From: an uncultured Bacteroidales bacterium
GTDB taxonomy: Bacteria > Bacteroidota > Bacteroidia > Bacteroidales > UBA10428
Direction: 5' to 3'
Assembly: GCA_964569585.1 (NCBI GenBank)
Contig: CAZMVE010000007.1
Location: 1-52,887 of the forward strand
Length of the DNA: 52,887 nucleotides
Under the pieces are notes generated by a model that was not told where the DNA came from, did no database searches, and saw only the letters and a program-made list of their open reading frames with translations. A program made the position numbers and the translations under genes. Each line of letters starts with the position of its first letter. Positions within the stretch are counted from its first letter, which is position 1. Positions 1 through 7,646 of this stretch are shown here, in pieces.

Positions 1-231
1 TGTTGCAACAATCAATTCTATACCGTATTTCAATAAGTACTTAACCCCTTTTCAATTAGATTTACCACCACCGGTTTGTTCTTAATCATTTTTTAAGATT
101 TCCTGCTCTGCATCATAGAGTATTATTTATCAATTTAAATCTGGTAATGATGAGAACAATAATGAATTCAACAACGGATATATCGAAAATTATAGATTAT
201 TCTTATCTCAATCTTCAGAAAAAAAACAGCA

Positions 232-1164
232 TCAAAACCATTTGCGCTTCCGGAAGGAAAGCACGCCAATAAAAGACATTAAAAGGGAAAACACTAATAT
301 TCCCGGAAAAGACCATTTTACATTTTCGAAATAGTTAGGGACATTCATTCCGTATAAACTGGCAATGAGTGTCGGTATCATAAGGATGATAGAAATTGAA
401 GTAAGTTGTTTCATTACCACGTTAAGGTTATTTGAAATGACTGAGGCAAAAGCATCCATCATGCCTGCCTGGATATCGGAATAGATCTGGGCCATTTCTA
501 GTGCCTGCTTATTTTCGATTACAGCATCTTCAAGCAGGTCCTCATTAAGTTCGCTGATGGAATTCCTTTTTGAATTTCTTAATTTAGCCAATACCAATTC
601 ATTAGCTTTCAGCGAAGTAATGAAGTATACCAGGCATTTTTCCATCTTTAGTAATTTATTGAGCTCCCGGTTTCGGATCGATTTTTCAAGATCCTGTTCG
701 ATTGACGAAGTTTGCTGGTTGATCTGTTTTAAATAACGTGAATATACGGTTGCCGAACGGAGAAATAATTTCAATAGAAAATTTAAAATGTCATTTACCT
801 GCTGATATTGTTCTCTGTAAAGCGATGGTTGTTCAAACGATAGTACCTCGTTATGGACTGAACAAAGGGTTAATGTCGCTTCCCCGGTCATAAAAATTCC
901 CAATGGTACGGTATGAAAGGGTACTCCATTTTCAGGACTCACAACGGGTATACGTATAATTACCAGTGTCCATTCATCATCATATTCCACACGGGGTCGT
1001 TCATCGACATCCAGAATATCCTGAATAACATCCTGAGGAACCTGGAATTCTTTTGCAATCCGGTTGATTTCATCCGGAGATGGCTGTGATACATTAACCC
1101 AGCATCCCTTTTCTGCCTGAGGTATGTCTATGTACCCAGCAAAGCTTTTGTAAATTCTTAACAT
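232..1164 (-). CDS. corA: CorA-family Mg2+/Co2+ transporter
   Basis: C-terminal YGMNV (GMN signature) sits between two hydrophobic helices, with a long soluble N-terminal domain. The ORF-track start at 1179 is GTG. An in-frame ATG at 1164 lies 7 nt after GGGAGG (1172-1177, minus strand) and is preferred. Confidence 0.85.
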   Translation of the reverse strand: MLRIYKSFAGYIDIPQAEKGCWVNVSQPSPDEINRIAKEFQVPQDVIQDILDVDERPRVEYDDEWTLVIIRIPVVSPENGVPFHTVPLGIFMTGEATLTLCSVHNEVLSFEQPSLYREQYQQVNDILNFLLKLFLRSATVYSRYLKQINQQTSSIEQDLEKSIRNRELNKLLKMEKCLVYFITSLKANELVLAKLRNSKRNSISELNEDLLEDAVIENKQALEMAQIYSDIQAGMMDAFASVISNNLNVVMKQLTSISIILMIPTLIASLYGMNVPNYFENVKWSFPGILVFSLLMSFIGVLSFRKRKWF

Positions 1165-1260
1165 GATGTTACCTCCCACAATTTTGTCTCCCGGGAGGCA
1201 ACGAAAAAGGCCCCCCTAAAGAGAAGTGAACAATTTAAAACATCTATGATACGGGCCTTC
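1165..1260 (-). promoter_or_regulatory. Possible structured 5' leader of corA (anti-SD/SD pairing plus terminator-like stem)
   Basis: The minus-strand RNA reads GAAGGCCC(1260-1253), 36 nt, GGGGGGCCUU(1216-1207)UUUCG, then CCUCCC(1198-1193), GGGAGACAAAAUUGU, GGGAGG(1177-1172), UAACAUC, AUG. A 10-bp palindrome CTCCCGGGAG lies at 1188-1197. Confidence 0.3.
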
Positions 1261-1959
1261 GTCCATATGAGTATGTAGTATTGATTTGCGCGACGAAATT
1301 AGCAATTATTCTCATTACTTTGACTCAATTTTTGAGTTAAATTTTATACTAAATGGTATAATAATGAGTTAATTCTATTAAAGATGAATTAAAATAAATA
1401 AGAATTAGAAAATCAAAATCATTTGCTAATTTTGTTGCCGTATTTATCCTATATAATGATACCATTTATTAATTTAATCATAGGAATAGTCCTTGTTGGA
1501 ATTCTTTCTTTTGAAACAGGTTTACGAGCCGATTTTAGCAGAATTCTACAGAGTGACTGTATACAGCTTCTTCCAGATCAGGTATTTCAACCCGATAAAG
1601 GCGATACCAAATTCGTAAAGAATAAGGTACTAACCTGGATGTATATTGACCTTGATAATTCATCATCAGGTCATAATTCTTACCAGTCCTTTAGCCACAA
1701 CTTATCCGGTTATATTTGTATCAGACAAAGAATTTTTCAAAATACTACTTACTTTTATCTTCTTCCTTCCGAACTTGATCTGCCTCCTCCATTACCACAT
1801 TCAATATTTAGCTGAATCCATACAACTACTAATCAGAAAACCTTACAAGGTAATTCATCATAAGTACGTGGTTAAATACCACATTGACGTTGCTTTTGAG
1901 TTTTGCATGAATTTTAATTATGGTTATTTATTTCATTGAATTTATAAATTTTTATAGAA

Positions 1960-2547
1960 ATGAGCAGAGATGAAGAATTGGCGCAAATTGCGGCTAACGA
2001 TACACAGAATTACAGTATCCGAAAACAGGCTTTGGATGATATCAAGGATAAACATTTACTCAATTACCTGGCTAAAAATGCAAAAGATGATTGGATCAGG
2101 CTTGAATCGGCCATTCAAACGAAAAACTCCGGAATACTTAAGGAACTTACAAAACACACTGATGAACGAATACGACTGGAAGCGGCAATTGAACTTAACG
2201 ATCAGGAAGTGCTGGCAGGTATTGTCATAAACAGTGGTGAGGATTTACACCGTGATATAGCACTGAATTATATTACTTCCAAAGATCAGTTACGTACTAT
2301 TGTTGAAAAAAGCACCAGAGAACAGGAGAAAGCAGAAGCAGCTGTTCGTTTGGGAGATAAAGAAGTATGTAAATCGCTTGTTGCTGAGATAAAAAATGAA
2401 GATATACTTCTCCGCATGGCAAAATTTATAAACGATTATACTTTGTTCGCTGAAATATCCGGGAAGACAACCAATTCACGAATTAAAAAAATAGCAGGTG
2501 AGGGCCTTGAAGAATTGAAACCGGGATCTGTTTCTGAAATCGATTAA
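1960..2547 (+). CDS. HEAT/PBS-lyase-like repeat protein (hypothetical)
   Basis: Helical repeats of about 30 aa recur: IRKQALDDI, IRLESAI, IRLEAAIEL, KAEAAVRLGD. There is no signal peptide. The start is ATG. Confidence 0.55.
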   Translation: MSRDEELAQIAANDTQNYSIRKQALDDIKDKHLLNYLAKNAKDDWIRLESAIQTKNSGILKELTKHTDERIRLEAAIELNDQEVLAGIVINSGEDLHRDIALNYITSKDQLRTIVEKSTREQEKAEAAVRLGDKEVCKSLVAEIKNEDILLRMAKFINDYTLFAEISGKTTNSRIKKIAGEGLEELKPGSVSEID

Positions 2548-2594
2548 TAATATGGAGGGATTTATCCTGAACGGGTAATAATTATTTTTATTTT

Positions 2595-3491
2595 TTACAA
2601 CGGAAGTTTATTAATACTCTCGATGCTAAGATTCCTGTAAAAAATTTCTGCACCTTCCGATTGAAGCTGGATTTTTCCACTAAGTAGAGGCTCAAATGTA
2701 TTATTAATCCATTGCCGGAGATTTTTGGCTCTAAGAACGACTTTGTTGTTGATTACATGCATGGATTCATCATTATACACATATAAGTCGACATAATTCC
2801 ATTCACCTATTGGATTTTCGTAATCGCCGGAAGCCTTGACTGTATATAAGGCCTCATTCACATGAACCGTAGACCCTTCTTCGTCGTAATGATACCATGA
2901 TGATGTAGCTGGTTGATCGATGGTTGCATTTATTTCAGCATATACATCATCTACCCTCACAAAATCGCCTAAACTGCCATTCTTTATTTCCAGTTCGAAT
3001 GAGCGCATCCAATAGGTCCAGAATGCTCCGTATTCTCCTACAGAATGATAGCACAAACCTGAATTTTTAGGTAGATCTTCTCTTGGCGGATGCTGGAGTG
3101 TTCCCCATTTATATTCAAGATGAAAATGATAATTTTCATACTCCTCTTTGGTTATCAGACCTCCCCATATATAACCTGAAATTCTGATTGCAGGTCCTCC
3201 ATCTTCCTCTACAACCGAAAAAATGTTCATCGGATCATTATTCAGCCCAAATGCTTCGGTATAAATTCCGGATGAATTTCGGTTGAGTAGGGGTACTTCT
3301 TGTGAAGGATCGGGTATACCCAGGTATGTATCCCACCCCGACAGATCAGTTCCATTAAATAGTTTGGTTGCTTCAGTATCTTTATCGCAGGTTTGAATAA
3401 GAATCCATAGGATTGCCAAGAGGCCAATTCGTATTGAGAAGCAGAATAACCGAAAAATATTGTCTCCGACTAACACTACAGATCGTATCAT
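2595..3491 (-). CDS. DUF1080 (3-keto-disaccharide hydrolase-like) domain protein, secreted
   Basis: Motifs FNGTDLSGWDTY, GGLITKEEYENYHFHLEYKW and the C-terminal GKIQLQSEGAEIFYRNLSI are typical of DUF1080. The ATG at 3491 precedes a hydrophobic signal-like segment. The longer track ORF would overlap the upstream gene. Confidence 0.75.
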   Translation of the reverse strand: MIRSVVLVGDNIFRLFCFSIRIGLLAILWILIQTCDKDTEATKLFNGTDLSGWDTYLGIPDPSQEVPLLNRNSSGIYTEAFGLNNDPMNIFSVVEEDGGPAIRISGYIWGGLITKEEYENYHFHLEYKWGTLQHPPREDLPKNSGLCYHSVGEYGAFWTYWMRSFELEIKNGSLGDFVRVDDVYAEINATIDQPATSSWYHYDEEGSTVHVNEALYTVKASGDYENPIGEWNYVDLYVYNDESMHVINNKVVLRAKNLRQWINNTFEPLLSGKIQLQSEGAEIFYRNLSIESINKLPL

Positions 3492-3531
3492 ATTTCTTGA
3501 ACTTCCCAGGCAAGTATGTTTACAAGTTATT

Positions 3532-3885
3532 TTACTCATCCTTATTTCCGTGCTTCTGAAGCTTAATATCCACAGGAACAATTGCTACAAGGCATCCTTT
3601 TGGCATATTAAGGAGTTCATTTTCCACTTTTTTATAAAATGCCTTCAGTTTATCGGTTCTGTCAATAATTTCAATAGTAACCGGTAATTTTTCCGTAAGT
3701 TCCCAGAATTTTGAAGAATTGATCTTGCTGCTTAATCCGAAGCCCATTATTCCCCTGTATACAGTAATCCCTGATATACCTTCCTCTTTTGCTGCGTGAA
3801 CAATAAATTCATACAGGGCTTTTGATCCGATTCTGTCGGTGGTGCTTGCATATATTTTTAGAATGCTGAATTCGGAAGTATTCAT
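3532..3885 (-). CDS. DUF190 (PII-like) protein, the usual crcB companion
   Basis: Pattern LKIYASTTDRIGSKALYEFIV...GISGITVYRGIMGFG...LPVTIEIID matches the DUF190 consensus. The gene starts 1 nt after the crcB stop. Confidence 0.8.
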   Translation of the reverse strand: MNTSEFSILKIYASTTDRIGSKALYEFIVHAAKEEGISGITVYRGIMGFGLSSKINSSKFWELTEKLPVTIEIIDRTDKLKAFYKKVENELLNMPKGCLVAIVPVDIKLQKHGNKDE

Positions 3886-3886
3886 T

Positions 3887-4246
3887 TTATAACAAATTTG
3901 AAGTTACATAACCCAGGAACACTGCAACAAAACCCAGTGTAACGCTAAGTCCGGTATAAAGCAGAACGGAAGCAATCTGGCCGGAGTGTAGCAACATCAG
4001 ATTTTCGCTTGTAAATGTGGAAAAGGTAGTAAAACCACCACATAATCCCACCATCAGGAACATACGCCATTCCACGGTAAGGATAGCACTTTTATCAGCA
4101 ATGCCGGCAAGAAAGCCGATAAGAAAACTGCCAATAATATTAACCAGTAAAGTCCCAACCGGAATCGATAAAATATCAATTGACAGGTTGAGTTTAGATA
4201 CAAAATAACTGGACACACTGCCTATAAAACCACCCAAACCTATCAA
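3887..4246 (-). CDS. crcB: Fluoride ion channel CrcB/Fluc
   Basis: 119 aa with four hydrophobic helices and the GGFTTFSTF motif. The start codon is TTG at 4246. Confidence 0.88.
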   Translation of the reverse strand: MIGLGGFIGSVSSYFVSKLNLSIDILSIPVGTLLVNIIGSFLIGFLAGIADKSAILTVEWRMFLMVGLCGGFTTFSTFTSENLMLLHSGQIASVLLYTGLSVTLGFVAVFLGYVTSNLL

Positions 4247-4463
4247 AAGAATATTTTTTAGTATAATAAGCTAGTAATTAATCACCCTAAAATACTCTAT
4301 ATTTTTCAAGTATGAAAAATTGATCTTCAACATTACAATTTCAGAAAGTTTTTAAGCTTGCAGGTAATTGTAAAATTTAAGAGGCGCCTGTTGAAATTGG
4401 CTTATATATTTCTGGATACTTCAGCTGGAATCTAATCGAAAAATAGTTGGATAAATTTTTATT

Positions 4464-4479
4464 ATGAGAATATTCTCAT
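4464..4479. promoter_or_regulatory. Perfect 16-bp palindrome ATGAGAATATTCTCAT, candidate operator
   Basis: Read directly from the sequence. It ends 22 nt upstream of the ATG of the DUF134 regulator gene (4502) and abuts TATATTTA (4480-4487), which resembles the Bacteroidota -7 element TAnnTTTG. Confidence 0.4.
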
Positions 4480-4501
4480 TATATTTACATAAAATTTCAC
4501 T

Positions 4502-4906
4502 ATGCCGCGACGAAGAAGATTGAGAAAAGTAGTTGCTCCTCCCGGGTTTGGAGGATACAGACCTTACGGCACAAGTAATGGATCAAAGGGTTATGTGGAA
4601 CTATTATATGAAGAATATGAATCCATTAAACTCGCCGATTATGATCTGATGAATCACCAGGAAGCTTCGAGTTTAATGGGTATTTCCCGAGCGACTTTTG
4701 CCAGAATATATGAGAGTGCCCGGAGAAAAATTGCTCAAGCCCTTGTCGAGACGAAAGAAATAAAAACAGTATATGGTAATGCAAGGTTAGATAAAAGCTG
4801 GTTTCTCTGTGATAATTGTAATGCCAGATTTTCATTGCCCCCTGAATTGATTGAATATAATTGCCCTATATGTAAATCTTTGCACATCGATTCTATAAAA
4901 AAATAA
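4502..4906 (+). CDS. DUF134 (UPF0251) predicted DNA-binding protein with C-terminal CxxC...CxxC zinc ribbon
   Basis: N-terminal MPRRRRLRKV..P....YRPYG and the HTH-like segment EASSLMGISRATFARIYESARRKIAQAL match DUF134. C-terminal CDNC and CPIC pairs are present. Confidence 0.85.
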   Translation: MPRRRRLRKVVAPPGFGGYRPYGTSNGSKGYVELLYEEYESIKLADYDLMNHQEASSLMGISRATFARIYESARRKIAQALVETKEIKTVYGNARLDKSWFLCDNCNARFSLPPELIEYNCPICKSLHIDSIKK

Positions 4907-4909
4907 TTT

Positions 4910-5227
4910 ATGAAAACAGTTATTACATCAACCGGAAAAGATACCAATTCACAATTTGATAAAAGGTTTGGCCGTGCTGCATGGTTTTGCCTGTATGATG
5001 AAGATACAGGTCAGACAAATTTTATCGAGAATGAAAACAAGAATATCAATGGAGGTGCCGGGACAAAATCTGTCGAAAAAATGGTTGAATTCCAGGTGAA
5101 AAAAATCATTTCAGGTGATTTTGGTCCTAAGGCAAAAGATTTACTAAATAAATTTAATATCCAGATGGTAATCATCCAGGAGGACAATAACACAGTACTT
5201 GATATTATAAATAGAATGAAAACCTGA
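4910..5227 (+). CDS. NifX/NifB-C-terminal-like (dinitrogenase FeMo-cofactor-binding fold) protein
   Basis: 105 aa. FDKRFGRAAWFCLYD and the later GDFGPKA pattern are typical of this family. The gene starts 3 nt after the DUF134 stop. Confidence 0.8.
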   Translation: MKTVITSTGKDTNSQFDKRFGRAAWFCLYDEDTGQTNFIENENKNINGGAGTKSVEKMVEFQVKKIISGDFGPKAKDLLNKFNIQMVIIQEDNNTVLDIINRMKT

Positions 5228-5233
5228 TGAAAA

Positions 5234-5416
5234 ATGCCAAAACTCGATAAAACAGGTCCATTAGGGAAAGGTTCCAAAAATGGCAGGAAATTAGGCTTAT
5301 GTAAAGAAGATGATGATGATCAACAAGTGAAGAAATTGGGTAAGGGTCTGGGATTGAGAAGAAAAAGCGGAGGCGGAAAAGGCCGAGGGAAAAGACTTAA
5401 AAGTAATTTACCATAA
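5234..5416 (+). CDS. DUF5320-like Gly/Lys/Arg-rich small protein
   Basis: N-terminus MPKLDKTGPLGKGSKNGRKLGLC fits the DUF5320 pattern MPxxDxTGPxGxGxxTGRGxGxC. The tail is basic and Gly-rich. Confidence 0.65.
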   Translation: MPKLDKTGPLGKGSKNGRKLGLCKEDDDDQQVKKLGKGLGLRRKSGGGKGRGKRLKSNLP

Positions 5417-5430
5417 AAAAGGAGGTTATT

Positions 5431-5619
5431 ATGCCAGGATTTGACAGAACTGGTCCTGAGGGAAAAGGTTCCCGTACAGGAAGGGGATTAGGAAAATGTA
5501 ATCCCAATAACAAATCGGACGATACCGATACCCGGGAAGATAATGTAACAGGCAGACTGGGAAGAGCATTTGGCCGGGGTCGGGGGCTTGGAAGAGGAAT
5601 GGGCAGAGGTCGAAGATAA
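5431..5619 (+). CDS. DUF5320-like Gly/Arg-rich small protein (tandem paralog)
   Basis: N-terminus MPGFDRTGPEGKGSRTGRGLGKC, with tail GRGRGLGRGMGRGRR. GGAGG at 5421-5425 lies 5 nt before the ATG. Confidence 0.65.
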   Translation: MPGFDRTGPEGKGSRTGRGLGKCNPNNKSDDTDTREDNVTGRLGRAFGRGRGLGRGMGRGRR

Positions 5620-5650
5620 TTCGCTGAACGTTCATAAATGTATTCCTGAT

Positions 5651-5677
5651 AATCGCATTTTATAATGAAATGCGATT
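5651..5677 (+). terminator. Hairpin after the second DUF5320 gene (terminator or attenuator)
   Basis: AATCGCATTT (5651-5660) pairs perfectly with AAATGCGATT (5668-5677) across a 7-nt loop, followed by ATTTAATTGATTT. Confidence 0.55.
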
Positions 5678-5702
5678 ATTTAATTGATTTATCTGATATA
5701 AT

Positions 5703-6443
5703 ATGCTGCTAACTTATATTATTATAGCAATACTTATTGGAAGTGCAGGAAGTGTGTCACTGGCTGGTCTTCTTCTATTATTGAAAGAAGATAAACTGCA
5801 AAAAACAGCAACTTATCTCGTATCGCTTGCAGGTGGCACTTTGCTGGGAGCAGCTTTTCTGGGTATGATGCCCAAAGCGATCAATCTGCTGACCGGCAGC
5901 ATTATTTTACAGATTACGCTGGTTGGCATCGTGGTATTTTTTCTTATTGAAAAAATAATTCTTTGGCGTACATGCTATAATAAGGAATGTGAGCGCCATC
6001 AGAATGCATCTGCACCTTTAATTCTTATCGGGGATGCCTTTCATAATTTTATCGATGGAATTGTAATAGCTTCTGCATTTGTTACATCAATTAATTTTGG
6101 AATTCTGGCTACAATAGCAGTATTTGCTCATGAAATTCCCCAGGAACTGGCCGATTTTGGAGTATTAATAAAAAACGGTTATTCAGGAAAAAAGGCATTC
6201 TGCTACAATATGATTTCAGGTCTCACTGCTATTCCAGCGGGGATTCTTGCCTATTATTACCTCAGTTCTACTAATCAACTTATACCCTATGTACTCGCAT
6301 TCTCAGCAGCCAGCTTTATATATATTGCTCTTGCCGGCCTGGTGCCGCAGATGCATAAAAAAACACAACTAAAGGATTCCATTATTCAATTTATACTTAT
6401 CATTCTGGGAATTTTAATTATTTACTTCTTAAAAGAAATATAA
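5703..6443 (+). CDS. ZIP-family divalent metal permease
   Basis: Multi-pass membrane protein with HNFIDGIVIASAF and HEIPQELADFGVL, the ZIP metal-binding helix motifs. Confidence 0.85.
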   Translation: MLLTYIIIAILIGSAGSVSLAGLLLLLKEDKLQKTATYLVSLAGGTLLGAAFLGMMPKAINLLTGSIILQITLVGIVVFFLIEKIILWRTCYNKECERHQNASAPLILIGDAFHNFIDGIVIASAFVTSINFGILATIAVFAHEIPQELADFGVLIKNGYSGKKAFCYNMISGLTAIPAGILAYYYLSSTNQLIPYVLAFSAASFIYIALAGLVPQMHKKTQLKDSIIQFILIILGILIIYFLKEI

Positions 6444-6444
6444 T

Positions 6445-6783
6445 ATGAATAAAATCATTGCAATACCAACAACAAACGAAGTTCTTGATGAACACTTCGG
6501 GCATTCAAGTCAGTTCACAATATTCGAGATTGACAGTAAAAGTATTCTGAATCAAAAGACCATCGATGCTCCATCCCATCAACCCGGATTATTACCTCCG
6601 TTTCTGGCAGAAATGGGCGTCAGTGACGTTATTGCAGGAGGGATAGGGCAGCGGGCTATTCAGATTTTTAACCAGTACAAAATAAATGTATATGCTGGTG
6701 CCCCAAAACAGGTAGCCAAAGAACTTGTCGAAGGATTTATTGCTAATACCCTGGAATTTGTGGCAAATTACTGCGATCATTAG
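6445..6783 (+). CDS. NifX/NifB-C-terminal-like cofactor-binding protein (second copy)
   Basis: 112 aa with HFGHSSQFTIFEI and VIAGGIGQRAIQIF. The gene starts 1 nt after the ZIP stop. Confidence 0.8.
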   Translation: MNKIIAIPTTNEVLDEHFGHSSQFTIFEIDSKSILNQKTIDAPSHQPGLLPPFLAEMGVSDVIAGGIGQRAIQIFNQYKINVYAGAPKQVAKELVEGFIANTLEFVANYCDH

Positions 6784-6785
6784 TC

Positions 6786-7646
6786 ATGCGTTACGAGTGT
6801 TACTTCTGCCATATGAAAACAGTTGAAAAACTGATCGAAAAATTCAAACCTGATGCCGTCCATGCTGAAGCTTTTGTATTATTAATTCATGAGTTATTGT
6901 ATCATAACTGGCAGTTAGCAAATCCTTTTCTGGCAACTCGTATTCATCGTCTGGCAAAAGAAAAACTCAAGCATGATAATTTATATCTTGAAGAAAAACA
7001 TTATGCAAACCAGCTTTTATTAGGGCAGTATCATAGTTGGAAAAACCAGGTCGCTCAAAGCAATAATCCATTGCAGATGGCCACAAAACTGGCCGTTATT
7101 GGTAATATTATCGATTATGGAGCCCATAGTGTAAACGGTGATATAACAAAACAGGTTAATTCTCTTCTATCAAAGGATCTGAAGATTGATGAGACATCCG
7201 AATTAATTCACAGGATCAAACAGGCAGAGACAGTATTTTACATTGGAGACAATGCCGGGGAAATTGTATTCGATAAACTTTTTATCGAAACTTTGCAACA
7301 TCCTAATGTGGTATATGCTGTAAGGGGTAAGCCTGTGCTAAATGATGTTACCCTGTATGATGCAAAAGAAACAGGTCTCGATGAAATATGTCCTATTATC
7401 TCCAGTGGTTCCGATGCTCCTTCCACTATACTTGAATATTGTTCCAAAGAATTTATTAGCCAGTTTCATGCTGCTGACCTGATTATTGCAAAAGGTCAGG
7501 GCAATTTCGAAGGCTTATTGCATTGCAATCGAAACAATGTATTCTTCCTGTTAATTACAAAATGCAAGCCAATTGCAGAATTGCTTGGAGTTCGTGCAGG
7601 TGATATGGTTGTGAAAGAATTAAATTCCAACAATTATGCCCTTTAA
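6786..7646 (+). CDS. DUF89/ARMT1-like metal-dependent phosphatase family protein
   Basis: GDNAGEIVFDKLFIE (DNAGE motif) and KGQGNFEGL are characteristic of DUF89. Confidence 0.75.
   Translation: MRYECYFCHMKTVEKLIEKFKPDAVHAEAFVLLIHELLYHNWQLANPFLATRIHRLAKEKLKHDNLYLEEKHYANQLLLGQYHSWKNQVAQSNNPLQMATKLAVIGNIIDYGAHSVNGDITKQVNSLLSKDLKIDETSELIHRIKQAETVFYIGDNAGEIVFDKLFIETLQHPNVVYAVRGKPVLNDVTLYDAKETGLDEICPIISSGSDAPSTILEYCSKEFISQFHAADLIIAKGQGNFEGLLHCNRNNVFFLLITKCKPIAELLGVRAGDMVVKELNSNNYAL

Noticed and set aside
1423-1939. Two overlapping plus-strand ORFs (130 and 97 aa) in the 780-bp region between corA and the HEAT-repeat gene
   Set aside because: They lie in very AT-rich sequence and overlap each other in different frames. 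Their composition is low-complexity and hydrophobic or Ile/Leu/Phe-rich, as expected from AT-rich non-coding DNA. One starts at a non-ATG codon and neither shows a recognisable motif. I treat the interval as a long divergent promoter or leader region; a decayed gene cannot be excluded.
4247-4501. Expected fluoride (crcB-motif) riboswitch upstream of crcB
   Set aside because: I read the minus strand across the whole interval and did not find the conserved GGnGAUGG / AACCGCC / CUGAUGA / CCUAC blocks. A covariance-model search would be needed for a definitive negative.
5429-5635. 68-aa minus-strand ORF antisense to the second DUF5320 gene
   Set aside because: It is fully contained antisense to an ORF that has a conserved family-like N-terminus and a strong ribosome-binding site. 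This is a typical shadow ORF.
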